DNA of 32,000 nucleotides from Mycobacterium tuberculosis H37Rv (GTDB taxonomy: Bacteria; Actinomycetota; Actinomycetes; Mycobacteriales; Mycobacteriaceae), in NCBI RefSeq assembly GCF_000195955.2, contig NC_000962.3, positions 2,730,001 to 2,762,000 on the forward strand, written 5' to 3'. This document shows positions 8,248-17,598 of this stretch, in pieces. Below the pieces are notes generated by a model. That model did not search any database. It worked only from the letters and a program-made list of their open reading frames with translations, and was not told where the DNA came from. Within the stretch, counting starts at the first letter, position 1. Each line of letters opens with the position of its first letter. The position numbers and the translations under genes are program-made.

Positions 8248-9686
8248 CAGCCATCCCCGTGTTCGCGACGCCGACTCCGAGCGGCCTTTCGCTCGGCCGC
8301 GCCCACCCGCTTGTTGCTGTCCAGCCGCGGATCGGTGCCCCGGCCGGACATCGCGACCGGCTCACCCGCAGGCGTTTGCGGCTCCCAATCGAACGTCATC
8401 TCGCCGATGGTCACCGCGCATCCTGACCGCGCACCCAGCCTCAGCAATTCCTCCTCGACACCCAGGCGCGCCAGCCGGTCGGCGAGATAGCCGACGGCCT
8501 CGTCGTTGTCGAAGTTGGTCTGGTCAATCCAACGCTCGGGCCGGGCACCGCTGACGACAAAGCCACCATGCCCGTCGGGTTCGACGGTAAAACCGCTGTC
8601 GTCCACCGGAATCGGACGAATCACCGGCCGCCGTGGCACCGCCACCGGCCGCGCAGCGTTGTAGTCCGAGATCATCTGCGACAGCCCAAAGATCAACGGC
8701 TGCAGGTTTTCCCGGGTTGCGGTCGACACGCAGAACACCGGCCAGCCGCGCTGGGCGATGTCGTCACGGACGAACTCCGCGAGCTCGCGGGCCTCCGGCA
8801 CATCGATTTTGTTGAGGACCACCGCACGCGGCCGTGCGGCGAGATCGCCCAGAGCCGCGTCCCCTTGCAGCGTGGGCGTGTAGCACGCGAGTTCCGTTTC
8901 CAGCGCGTCGATGTCCGAGATGGGGTCGCGGCCCGGCTCGGCGGTAGCGCAATCCACCACATGCACCAGTACAGCGCAGCGCTCGATGTGCCGCAGAAAG
9001 TCCAGCCCCAGACCACGGCCCCGGGATGCGCCCGGGATCAACCCCGGCACGTCGGCGACGGTGAACGCGTGCTCGCCAGCCGAGACCACACCGAGGTTGG
9101 GCACCAGGGTGGTGAACGGGTAGTCGGCGATCTTCGGCTTGGCCGCCGAAATCGCCGACACCAGCGAGGATTTTCCGGCCGACGGAAACCCGACCAGGCC
9201 GACGTCGGCGACGGTCTTGAGTTCCAAGGTGAGGTCTCGGGACTGTCCCTTTTCGCCGAGGAGTGCGAAACCGGGGGCCTTACGCACGCGGGAAGCCAGC
9301 GCGGCGTTGCCCAAACCGCCACGGCCTCCGGCGGCGGCTTCAAAGCGGGTGCCCGCGCCGACCAGGTCGGCCAGTAGCCGGCCGTTCTCGTCCAATACCA
9401 CGGTGCCTTCGGGAACTTTCACTTCCAAATCCGCGCCGGCGGCCCCGTCGCGGTTATTGCCCATCCCGTGCTTGCCCGAAGCCGCGGTGAGATGCGGGCG
9501 GAAATGGAAGTCGAGCAGGGTGTGCACTTGCGGATCGACGACGAAGACGATGCTGCCGCCCCGGCCGCCATTTCCGCCATCGGGGCCGCCCAGCGGCTTG
9601 AATTTCTCGCGATGGACCGAAGCGCAGCCGTTACCGCCCGAACCCGCTCTGGTGTGGATGACGACCCGATCGACAAACCGAGGCAC
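8247..9686 (-). CDS. obg: GTPase Obg/CgtA
   Basis: The Obg fold contains GGNGGRGG glycine-rich repeats. The G1 motif is GFPSAGKSS and the G3 motif is DVPGLI. The GTG at 9686 (479 aa) is preferred over the ATG at 9701 because AAGGGGAG lies between them as a well-spaced SD. Confidence 0.93.
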
Positions 9687-9771
9687 CGAGCTCCCCTTCA
9701 TCTGCGGAGTGTGCAGCTACTGCGGGTTTTGCCCCTCGTGAATCTTCGCAGTGGGCGCACACGCGCGACGC

Positions 9772-10032
9772 TCAGGCAGTGGTCGAACCGACGATGCTCA
9801 CCGTCTTACGTCCGCGTTTGATGCCGAACTCGACCGCCCCGGCCGTCTTGGCGAACAAGGTGTCATCGCCGCCACGCCCGACGTTGACGCCGGGATGGAA
9901 TTTGGTACCGCGCTGGCGGACCAGGATCTCGCCGGCCTTGACGACCTGGCCGCCGTACCGCTTAACCCCCAGCCGCTGGGCGGCGGAATCGCGACCGTTG
10001 CGCGAGCTGGAAGCCCCCTTCTTGTGTGCCAT
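9772..10032 (-). CDS. rpmA: 50S ribosomal protein L27
   Basis: The ORF has 86 codons. The product [31 protein letters not shown] is an unmistakable L27. Confidence 0.97.
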
Positions 10033-10046
10033 GTCTGTCGCCTCCG

Positions 10047-10361
10047 TTATGCGATGCCGGTGACCTTCAGGACCGTCAGCTGCTGACGGTGTCCCTGCCG
10101 TTTGTGGTAGCCAGTCTTGTTCTTGAACTTGTGGATACGGATCTTGGGGCCCTTGGTGTGCCCGAGCACCTCACCGGTCACCGCGACCTTGGCCAGTGCC
10201 TTCGCATCGGTGGTGACGGTGGCGCCGTCGACAACCAGAGCCACCGGCAGGGACACCTTCTCCCCCTGCTCGGATTCCAGCTTTTCGACCTTGACCACAT
10301 CTCCGACAGCGACTTTGTACTGCTTGCCGCCGGTCTTGACGATTGCGTAGGTCGCCATCAT
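10047..10361 (-). CDS. rplU: 50S ribosomal protein L21
   Basis: The L21 sequence [21 protein letters not shown]... is 104 aa from the ATG at 10361, preceded by GAAGAGGCAGGAGCA. The longer 206-codon track ORF adds an Arg/Pro-rich, non-protein-like extension. Confidence 0.95.
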
Positions 10362-10571
10362 TGCTCCTGCCTCTTCATACTTCCGCTGCATGCGTTGCGC
10401 TTCGCGCGCGGGCCAGCGGCGGGACGCGTGCTGGGTCTTGGGCGGGCACCTACAACGGACCCCGCATCGTCTCCAGCCGTCAGCCTGGCGACAACTGGTC
10501 AAGGGTACGTGACCTGCAACTACGGGGTCAAACCAGCGGGGCCTCAGCGAGATCGACGCCAGCACACGAAA

Positions 10572-10609
10572 GTGCGCCGGTAGCGTCGATCTCGACGCTA
10601 CCGGCGCAC
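10572..10609. repeat. Perfect 38-nt palindrome (17-bp stem, 4-nt loop if transcribed) in the rplU/dctA divergent intergenic region; function unknown
   Basis: The sequence gtgcgccggtagcgtcg-atct-cgacgctaccggcgcac was read directly. A 12-nt segment at 10548..10559 (cgagatcgacgc) is the exact reverse complement of the palindrome apex at 10583..10594. Confidence 0.9.
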
Positions 10610-10708
10610 TCCGGGGCCCGGGTGGTGACGTCATCCGGGTTGGACCGCTGATGGCTGCGGCTAACATCGTGCCGAATCGCGTCCGATGTCGATCTGGAGG
10701 AACCGCCG

Positions 10709-12184
10709 ATGACCGCCCCCTTGGATCGTGCGCCGGTCACGGATTTGCCGGCTAACAACAAAGGCCGAGACCGCACCCACTGGCTGTATCTCGCGGTCAT
10801 TTTCGCAGTGATAGCCGGTGTGATCGTGGGGCTGACGGCGCCGTCGACCGGAAAAAGCCTCACGGTGCTCGGGACGGTGTTCGTCAACCTGATCAAGATG
10901 ATGATCGCACCGGTCATCTTCTGCACGATCGTGCTCGGGATCGGCTCGGTGCGCAAAGCCGCGGCCGTGGGCAAGGTCGGCGGGCTGGCTTTGGCCTACT
11001 TTCTAACGATGTCATCGGTGGCGCTCGGGATCGGGTTGATCGTCGGCAACCTACTCAGTCCGGGTAGGGATCTGCACCTTAGGCCTGGTGCGGTCGGAAG
11101 CGGCGCAGCATTGGCCGGCCAGGCTGCGGAGTCACACGGAATCGCTGGGTTCATCCAGCAGATCATTCCGAGGTCGCTCCCCTCAGCCCTTACTGAAGGC
11201 AACGTGCTGCAGGTGTTACTCGTCGCGCTGCTGGTCGGTTTCGCGGTCCAAGGCCTGGGCCCCGCAGGCGAGTCCATCCTGCGTGCCGTCGAGAACCTGC
11301 AAAAGCTGGTGTTCAAGGTGCTCGTGATGGTACTGTGGCTGGCTCCGATCGGCGCGTTCGGTGCGATCGCCAATATCGTCGCCACGACTGGCTTCAACGC
11401 CGTCACCAACCTGCTGCTGCTGATGGCCGGCTTCTACCTGACGTGCGTGGTGTTCGTTTTCGGCGTCCTGGGAGTGCTACTGCGCATCGTGTCGGGTTTG
11501 TCGATCTTTCGGCTGCTGCGCTATCTAGCCCGCGAGTACTTGCTGATCTTCGCAACATCGTCGTCGGAGGTGGTGCTGCCCAGACTGATCACCAAGATGA
11601 AACACTTGGGCGTGCAATCCAGCACGGTCGGCGTGGTGGTGCCGACCGGCTACTCGTTCAATCTTGACGGCACCGCTATCTATCTGACCATGGCGTCGCT
11701 GTTCATCGCCGACGCGATGGGACATCGCTTGACATGGGGCGAGCAGATCGCGCTGCTGGCGTTCATGATCATCGCGTCCAAGGGCGCTGCCGGGGTCAGC
11801 GGTGCGGGCCTTGCGACGCTGGCCGGCGGCCTGCAGGCTCATCGCCCCGAGCTGCTGGACGGTGTCGGGCTGATTGTGGGGATCGACCGGTTCATGTCGG
11901 AAGCCCGTTCGCTCACGAACTTCTCCGGCAACGCCGTCGCAACCATCCTGGTTGCCTCGTGGACAAAGACCATTGACCTGTCCAAAGCCGACGAGGTGTT
12001 GCGCGGTCGTGATCCCTTCGACGAATCGACCATGGTCGATCCCCACGATGAGGAGCCACCCGCCGCCACACCCCACGGGGGCGGCGTCCCGACGAACCCT
12101 GCGCTGTGCGATTTCGAGCAGGTCAGTCTAGGCGGATTGGTGGGCCGGCCGGCCGGCCCGCAACGCGCCGACGTGGACGGGTAG
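10709..12184 (+). CDS. dctA: C4-dicarboxylate/sodium:dicarboxylate symporter (DAACS family)
   Basis: The ORF has 491 codons, and its ATG is preceded by GGAGGAA. It is a multi-TM protein with DAACS motifs ([41 protein letters not shown]). Its last 62 nt overlap the 3' end of the convergent rne. Confidence 0.93.
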
Positions 12185-14984
12185 GGGCCAGCTCCGTGAC
12201 ACCGGGGACGTCGACTTCGCCCGGGGAACCGTCCAAGCCGGCTGCATCCTCCTCGTCGACGTCGGCATCGGCGGCGTCTTCGTCGGAGTCTTCGTCGTCG
12301 GAATCGGAGTCTTCAACGTCGAGATCCTCGTCGAGGTCCTCGTCGTCGAGGTCCTCGAGGTCCTCGTCGGCGTCGAGCTCGTCCTCGTCTTCGTCGGTGT
12401 CCTCGGTGTCCTCGAAGTCCGCTTGGGCGGTGTCGTCGAGGTCAGTGGGCGGTTGATCGCCGGCCTGCTCGGCGAGTTCGGCAGCGGGCTCCCCGGATTC
12501 CTCGTCACCGCGACCAGCCAGCGAGGACAAGCCCGCTGCCATCGCCTTGAACATGGGATGCTCACCGGGAGCGTGCACGGGGACCTTGGCGACCATGCTC
12601 CTATCACTGGACTCTTCGGACCGGCTCTTTTTCGATCGCTTGCCCCGCCGAGCACCGGGCTCAGACTTTCGCCCAGTCGCCGCGGCCGAATCGACCGGGT
12701 CGGCGTGCAGCAGGATCCCGCGGCCACTGCAGTTCGGACACGATGTGGAGAACGCTTCGATCAGTCCGGTTCCCAACCGCTTGCGAGTCAACTGCACCAG
12801 CCCCAGCGACGTCACCTCGGACACCTGGTGGCGGGTGCGATCGCGGGCCAGCGACTCGGTCAACCGGCGCAACACCAAGTCGCGGTTGGACTCCAGCACC
12901 ATGTCGATGAAGTCGATGACCACGATGCCGCCGATATCGCGCAGCCGCAGCTGGCGCACGATCTCCTCGGCCGCTTCCAGATTGTTCTTGGTGACCGTCT
13001 GCTCGAGGTTGCCCCCGGCTCCGGTGAATTTACCGGTGTTGACGTCAATGACCGTCATGGCTTCGGTCCGGTCGATCACCAGCGTCCCGCCCGACGGCAA
13101 CCACACCTTGCGGTCCATCGCTTTGGCCAGCTGCTCGTCAATGCGGTGCACCGTGAAGACGTCCGGCGCGGACTGGCCATCCGGCCCGTCAGCGGACTCG
13201 TACTTGGTCAACTTCGAAACCAATTCGGGAGCAACAGAATTCACGTATTCATTGATCGTGTTCCAAGCCTCGTCGCCGGAAACGATGAGGCCGACGAAGT
13301 CCTCGTTGAACAGGTCACGGATAACCTTGACCAGCACGTCCGGTTCTTCGTACAGCGCCACCGCAGCGCCCGCGGCCTTCTCCTTGGTCTCTTGTGCCTT
13401 GGCCTCGATCTGCTCCCAGCGTTCCCGTAGCCGAGCGACGTCTGCGCGAATGTCGTCCTCTTTGACGCCCTCAGACGCGGTACGGATGATGACCCCAGCG
13501 TCAGACGGCACCACCTCGCGCAGGATCTCCTTGAGCCGCTGACGTTCAGTGTCGGGCAGCTTGCGGCTGATCCCGGTCGACGACGCGCCCGGCACATAAA
13601 CCAGAAATCGACCGGCCAGCGACACCTGCGTGGTCAGCCGCGCGCCCTTATGCCCTACCGGGTCCTTGCTGACCTGCACCACGACATAGTCGCCGGGTTT
13701 GAGGGCCTGCTCGATCTTGCGATCGGCCCCGCCCAACCCCGCTGCATCCCAATTGACTTCACCGGCGTAGAGCACTCCATTGCGACCGCGCCCGATGTCG
13801 ACGAACGCCGCCTCCATCGACGGCAGCACGTTCTGCACAATTCCCAGGTAGATGTTGCCCACCAGGGAAGCCGAGGCCGCAGACGTCACGAAATGCTCCA
13901 CGACGATACCGTCTTCGAGCACCGCAATCTGGGTGTACCGCGTGCCCGGCAGCGGTGGCTCGGTGCGGACCCGGTCGCGCACCACCATCACCCGCTCGAC
14001 CGCCTCACGGCGAGCCAGAAACTCGGCCTCACTCAACACCGGTGGGCGGCGCCGGCCGGCGTCGCGCCCGTCGCGGCGGCGTTGCCGCTTGGCTTCCAGG
14101 CGGGTCGAGCCGTCGATGCCCTTGATCTCAGTGGAGCCAGAGCCGCCATCCTGCGAGTTGCCGGCCTTGTCACCCGCGCGGGGCACGCGTTCGTGTACGA
14201 CAGTGTTGGGCGGATCGTCAGGCAACGGGCCCTCTAACGCAGCGTCGTTGTCGTCACCAGAAGCCGACTTACGCCGTCGCCGGCGGCGCCGGCGACGATT
14301 GCCGGCCTCCAGCGAACCGTTTTCGTCCTCGCCGTTGTCACCGGCTTCGGTATCTTCGGAATCTCGATCGTCGCCGTCGTCGGTTTCGGCGGCGTCCGCG
14401 CTGGTAAATTGTTGGGCCCGGGGCTCGGATTGCTGGTCAACCGGATCACCGTCGGATCCACCCTGCTCCCCGCGTCCGCGACCGCGACCCCGACGGCCGC
14501 GACGTCGCCGCCGGTTCGCCGGCCGGTCTAGCTGCCCTTCGTCGTCAGCGTCGGAATCGTCGGCGACGTAGTCGGGGCCATCGTCGACGTCCTCGTCGTC
14601 CGCTAACGGCTCGGGAATCGGCTGGGGCGCGACGAACAGCGGCATATAGTGCGGCCGCTCCACGTCGGCATTCCGAGTCTCCTGGGTCTCTAGCATCAGC
14701 CGGGACTCGGGTTCCTCGGACGCTTCGGGCGCATGGACCGAGGCCGCCAGCACGCCGGCAGTCTCGAGATGAGTGGCCAGCAGATCGCGCACCCGGACCG
14801 CATCGACGCGATCCACCGTGGAATGTGCGCTGCGGACCCGTCCGTCGAGCGCGGTGAGCGCATCCAGCACCCGCCTGCTGGTGGTTCCCAGCGTTCGTGC
14901 CAGCGAATGGACTCTTAGGCGGTCCGGCAGTTCCTCATGCTGGCTCGGTTCTGGTGGATCTGAAGGTGGGGCACCGTCTATCAC
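12123..14984 (-). CDS. rne: Ribonuclease E
   Basis: The ORF has 953 codons, and its GTG start is preceded by GAGGAG. The central S1 and RNase E/G catalytic core includes GNIYLGIVQNVLPSMEAAFVDIG, VIDVNTGKF and LGLVQLTRKR. Arg-rich segments (RRRRRGRRGRGRGRG, RRRRRRRRRK) and an acidic C-terminal tail flank the core, as in actinobacterial RNase E. Confidence 0.93.
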   Translation of the reverse strand: MIDGAPPSDPPEPSQHEELPDRLRVHSLARTLGTTSRRVLDALTALDGRVRSAHSTVDRVDAVRVRDLLATHLETAGVLAASVHAPEASEEPESRLMLETQETRNADVERPHYMPLFVAPQPIPEPLADDEDVDDGPDYVADDSDADDEGQLDRPANRRRRRGRRGRGRGRGEQGGSDGDPVDQQSEPRAQQFTSADAAETDDGDDRDSEDTEAGDNGEDENGSLEAGNRRRRRRRRRKSASGDDNDAALEGPLPDDPPNTVVHERVPRAGDKAGNSQDGGSGSTEIKGIDGSTRLEAKRQRRRDGRDAGRRRPPVLSEAEFLARREAVERVMVVRDRVRTEPPLPGTRYTQIAVLEDGIVVEHFVTSAASASLVGNIYLGIVQNVLPSMEAAFVDIGRGRNGVLYAGEVNWDAAGLGGADRKIEQALKPGDYVVVQVSKDPVGHKGARLTTQVSLAGRFLVYVPGASSTGISRKLPDTERQRLKEILREVVPSDAGVIIRTASEGVKEDDIRADVARLRERWEQIEAKAQETKEKAAGAAVALYEEPDVLVKVIRDLFNEDFVGLIVSGDEAWNTINEYVNSVAPELVSKLTKYESADGPDGQSAPDVFTVHRIDEQLAKAMDRKVWLPSGGTLVIDRTEAMTVIDVNTGKFTGAGGNLEQTVTKNNLEAAEEIVRQLRLRDIGGIVVIDFIDMVLESNRDLVLRRLTESLARDRTRHQVSEVTSLGLVQLTRKRLGTGLIEAFSTSCPNCSGRGILLHADPVDSAAATGRKSEPGARRGKRSKKSRSEESSDRSMVAKVPVHAPGEHPMFKAMAAGLSSLAGRGDEESGEPAAELAEQAGDQPPTDLDDTAQADFEDTEDTDEDEDELDADEDLEDLDDEDLDEDLDVEDSDSDDEDSDEDAADADVDEEDAAGLDGSPGEVDVPGVTELAPTRPRRRVAGRPAGPPIRLD

Positions 14985-15313
14985 GTATTCTCCTCAAGCC
15001 CCCGGGCGCGTCTTGATCGACGCGGCCACGCGAGGGCTTCGCTATCTGCCCGGGTCACTTGTCTCCCGAGCTTGTGATGGTCTTGTCCCGAGCAGCTCAT
15101 GACGAACCCACTCGGCACCGTGCTGAATGACGGCCCGACATGCCGCGCCGCATCGAAGGATGGCGATGGTCGCGGTTGCCTAAGTCTTCATTCGGGCGTC
15201 CGACACCGCTTCGGCGACGTTCACCCGTCATCAGTATCCCACATCACTGGGCCGAGTCACCTTCCCTTGAGCTGGGGTGCTGCCCAAGCCGCCCGGGATC
15301 GGCGCACCCGGAG

Positions 15314-15724
15314 CTAGGCGCCGGGAAACCAGAGCGCGATTTCGCGCTGCGCGGATTCGGCCGAATCAGACCCGTGCACCAGGTTGAACTGCGTCTCTAG
15401 AGCGAAGTCGCCCCGGATTGTGCCGGGCGCCGCCGCCTGCACCGGGTCGGTGCCGCCGGCGAGTTGGCGAACCGCCGCGATGGCTCGGGTTCCCTCCACG
15501 ATCGCCGCTACCACCGGACCCGACGTGATGAACTCCAGCAACGATCCAAAGAATGGTTTGCCTTCATGTTCGGCGTAGTGCTGGCTGGCCAACTCCGCGC
15601 TGACGGTCCTGAGCTGCAGCGCAGCGATGGTGAGGCCTTTGCGCTCGATGCGGCTGATGATCTCGCCGATCAGCTGCCTTTCGATGCCATCCGGCTTGAT
15701 CAGTACCAGAGTCCGTTCGGTCAC
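15314..15724 (-). CDS. ndk: Nucleoside diphosphate kinase
   Basis: The product begins [26 protein letters not shown] and carries the active-site motif NLVHGSDS. I chose the GTG at 15724 (136 aa). The track's TTG at 15748 would add 8 residues. Confidence 0.92.
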   Translation of the reverse strand: MTERTLVLIKPDGIERQLIGEIISRIERKGLTIAALQLRTVSAELASQHYAEHEGKPFFGSLLEFITSGPVVAAIVEGTRAIAAVRQLAGGTDPVQAAAPGTIRGDFALETQFNLVHGSDSAESAQREIALWFPGA

Positions 15725-15766
15725 GGTGCCCAACACTAGATGCCGCAAGATGTATGCCCAAACCGG

Positions 15767-16138
15767 TCATTGCGACACCCGGTAATCCCGACGCCGCCGC
15801 ACCTCGGCACGCAAATACGCGATCAGGACCCACAACGCGGCGAACAGCACGCCAATGAAACCCACACCCGGGTACACGGCGAAGCCGGCAACCAGCACCG
15901 GTTGTGCGCCCAGGTTCACCCAGATTGCCCAGGGTCTGCGCTGCAGCCCGGTCAGCAGTATCAACAGCACGGCCAGACCGACCAAATAGCCCAGCGAGGC
16001 CGGACGCAGCCCACCGCCGACCGCGTCCACTACCGGTATTGCCAGCAGCACCACGATCGCCTCGAGGATCAGCGTCGCCGCCATCACCGCGCTGAATCCC
16101 TTCCACGGGTCAGCCGGCTCACGCGACCGGTCGGTCAT
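15767..16138 (-). CDS. Small integral membrane protein (three to four TM helices; DUF4233-like), Rv2446c-like
   Basis: The ORF has 123 codons. Its ATG overlaps the folC stop (ATGA at 16135..16138). The hydrophobic segments are AVMAATLILEAIVVLLAIPVV, LGYLVGLAVLLILLTGL and FIGVLFAALWVLIAYL. Confidence 0.75.
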   Translation of the reverse strand: MTDRSREPADPWKGFSAVMAATLILEAIVVLLAIPVVDAVGGGLRPASLGYLVGLAVLLILLTGLQRRPWAIWVNLGAQPVLVAGFAVYPGVGFIGVLFAALWVLIAYLRAEVRRRRDYRVSQ

Positions 16139-17598
16139 TGCGGATCACGACCGAACAAGGTCCGAGCCGCCCCTGCGGTGACAACCGAGCCGGTGATGAC
16201 GATCCCGGTTCTCGAGAATGCGTCCCCGGCCACATCCGGGTCGGCGGCGGCGTCGTCGACCAGTGAGGTGGCAACGTCGATAGCATCGCGCAGGTTCTCG
16301 GCGGTGCGCACCCGGTCGGGTCCGAACCGCTCGCCGGCCGCCAGCGCCAGGGCCTCGACATCCAGCGCCCGCGGCGACCCGTTGTGGGTCACGACGACGG
16401 AATCGAACACCGGCTCCAGTGCGGCCAGGATGCCGTCCACGTCCTTGTCGCCCAGCACGCTGAGCACCCCGACCAGAAATCGGAAGTCGAACTCATGCGC
16501 CAGCGTTTGTGCCAGAGCACTCGCCCCGGCCGGATTGTGCGCGGCGTCGATGAACACCGTGGGTGCGCTGCGCATGCGCTCCAACCGGCCGGGACTGGTG
16601 ACGGCGGCAAAGCCGGCCCGGACGGCGTCGCCGTCGAGCTGACGCTGCGCACCGGCACCGAAAAAGGCCTCGACGGAAGCGAGGGCGAGCACCGCGTTGT
16701 GCGCCTGGTGTTCACCGTGCAGCGGCAAGTAGATGTCGGAGTAAACCCCGCCGAGGCCCTGCAGTTGCAGTACCTGACCGCCGACCGCGATCTGTCGCCG
16801 TAGCACCGCGAATTCGGAATCCTCCCGGGCCACCGACGCGTCGGCGCGCACCGATTCGGCCAGCAGCACCTCCATGACCTTCGGGACCTGACGCCCGATG
16901 ACCGCGACGGTGTCCGGCGAACCGTCGGGGGCCCGAGTGATGATGCCCGCCTTCTCCCCGGCGATCCCGGCGATATCGGCACCGAGATAGTCGACGTGAT
17001 CAATGCTGATCGGGGTGATGACGGCGACCGGTGCGTTGATCACGTTGGTGGCGTCCCAACGTCCGCCCATGCCCACCTCGACCACTGCCACGTCGACGGG
17101 CGCGTCCGCAAAGGCCGCGAACGCCATCGCGGTGAGCACCTCGAACTTGCTCATCGCCGGGCCACCCTTACCCGCAGAAGCCTGCGACTGCTGGTCGATC
17201 AGCGCCACCAACGGCTCGATCTCCCGGTAGGTCGCCACATACTGCGCCGGGCTGATCGGCTTGCCGTCGATCGAAATGCGTTCCACCGGTGACTGCAGGT
17301 GTGGGCTGGTGGTTCGGCCGGTGCGCCGGTGCAGCGCGGTGACCAGCGCGTCGACCATGCGCGCCACCGAGGTCTTGCCGTTGGTGCCCGCGATATGGAT
17401 CGACGGATAGCTGCGTTGGGGCGAGCCCAGCAGGTCCATCAACGCGCTGATCCGGGTCAGGCTCGGATCGATGCGGGTCTCCGGCCAGCGTTGGTCGAGT
17501 AGATGCTCAACCTGCAGCAGGGACGCGATCTCGTCCGGAGTGGGCACGACGCCGGTGGCCGATCCCGAGTCAGGCGGGCCGGAATTCGTCGAATTCAT
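16135..17598 (-). CDS. folC: Folylpolyglutamate synthase / dihydrofolate synthase (Mur ligase family)
   Basis: The ORF has 487 codons. It has the P-loop [11 protein letters not shown] and the Mur-ligase middle and C-terminal domains. Its ATG overlaps the valS stop (ATGA at 17595..17598). Confidence 0.93.

Noticed and set aside
7360-8490. 376-codon plus-strand ORF antisense to proB. Similar long antisense ORFs lie at 1709..2485, 12423..13542, 15740..16642, 18174..19160 and 19194..20402
   Set aside because: The reasoning is the same for all of them: Arg/Pro/Gly-rich shadow frames opposite well-recognised housekeeping genes.
12230-12440. Imperfect tandem gtcctcg/gtcgag-type repeats on the plus strand, together with a Ser-rich plus-strand ORF (12106..12456)
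   Set aside because: This is simply the DNA encoding the acidic Asp/Glu-rich C-terminal tail of RNase E on the minus strand. It is not a VNTR-like intergenic repeat or a separate gene, although in-frame length polymorphism is conceivable.
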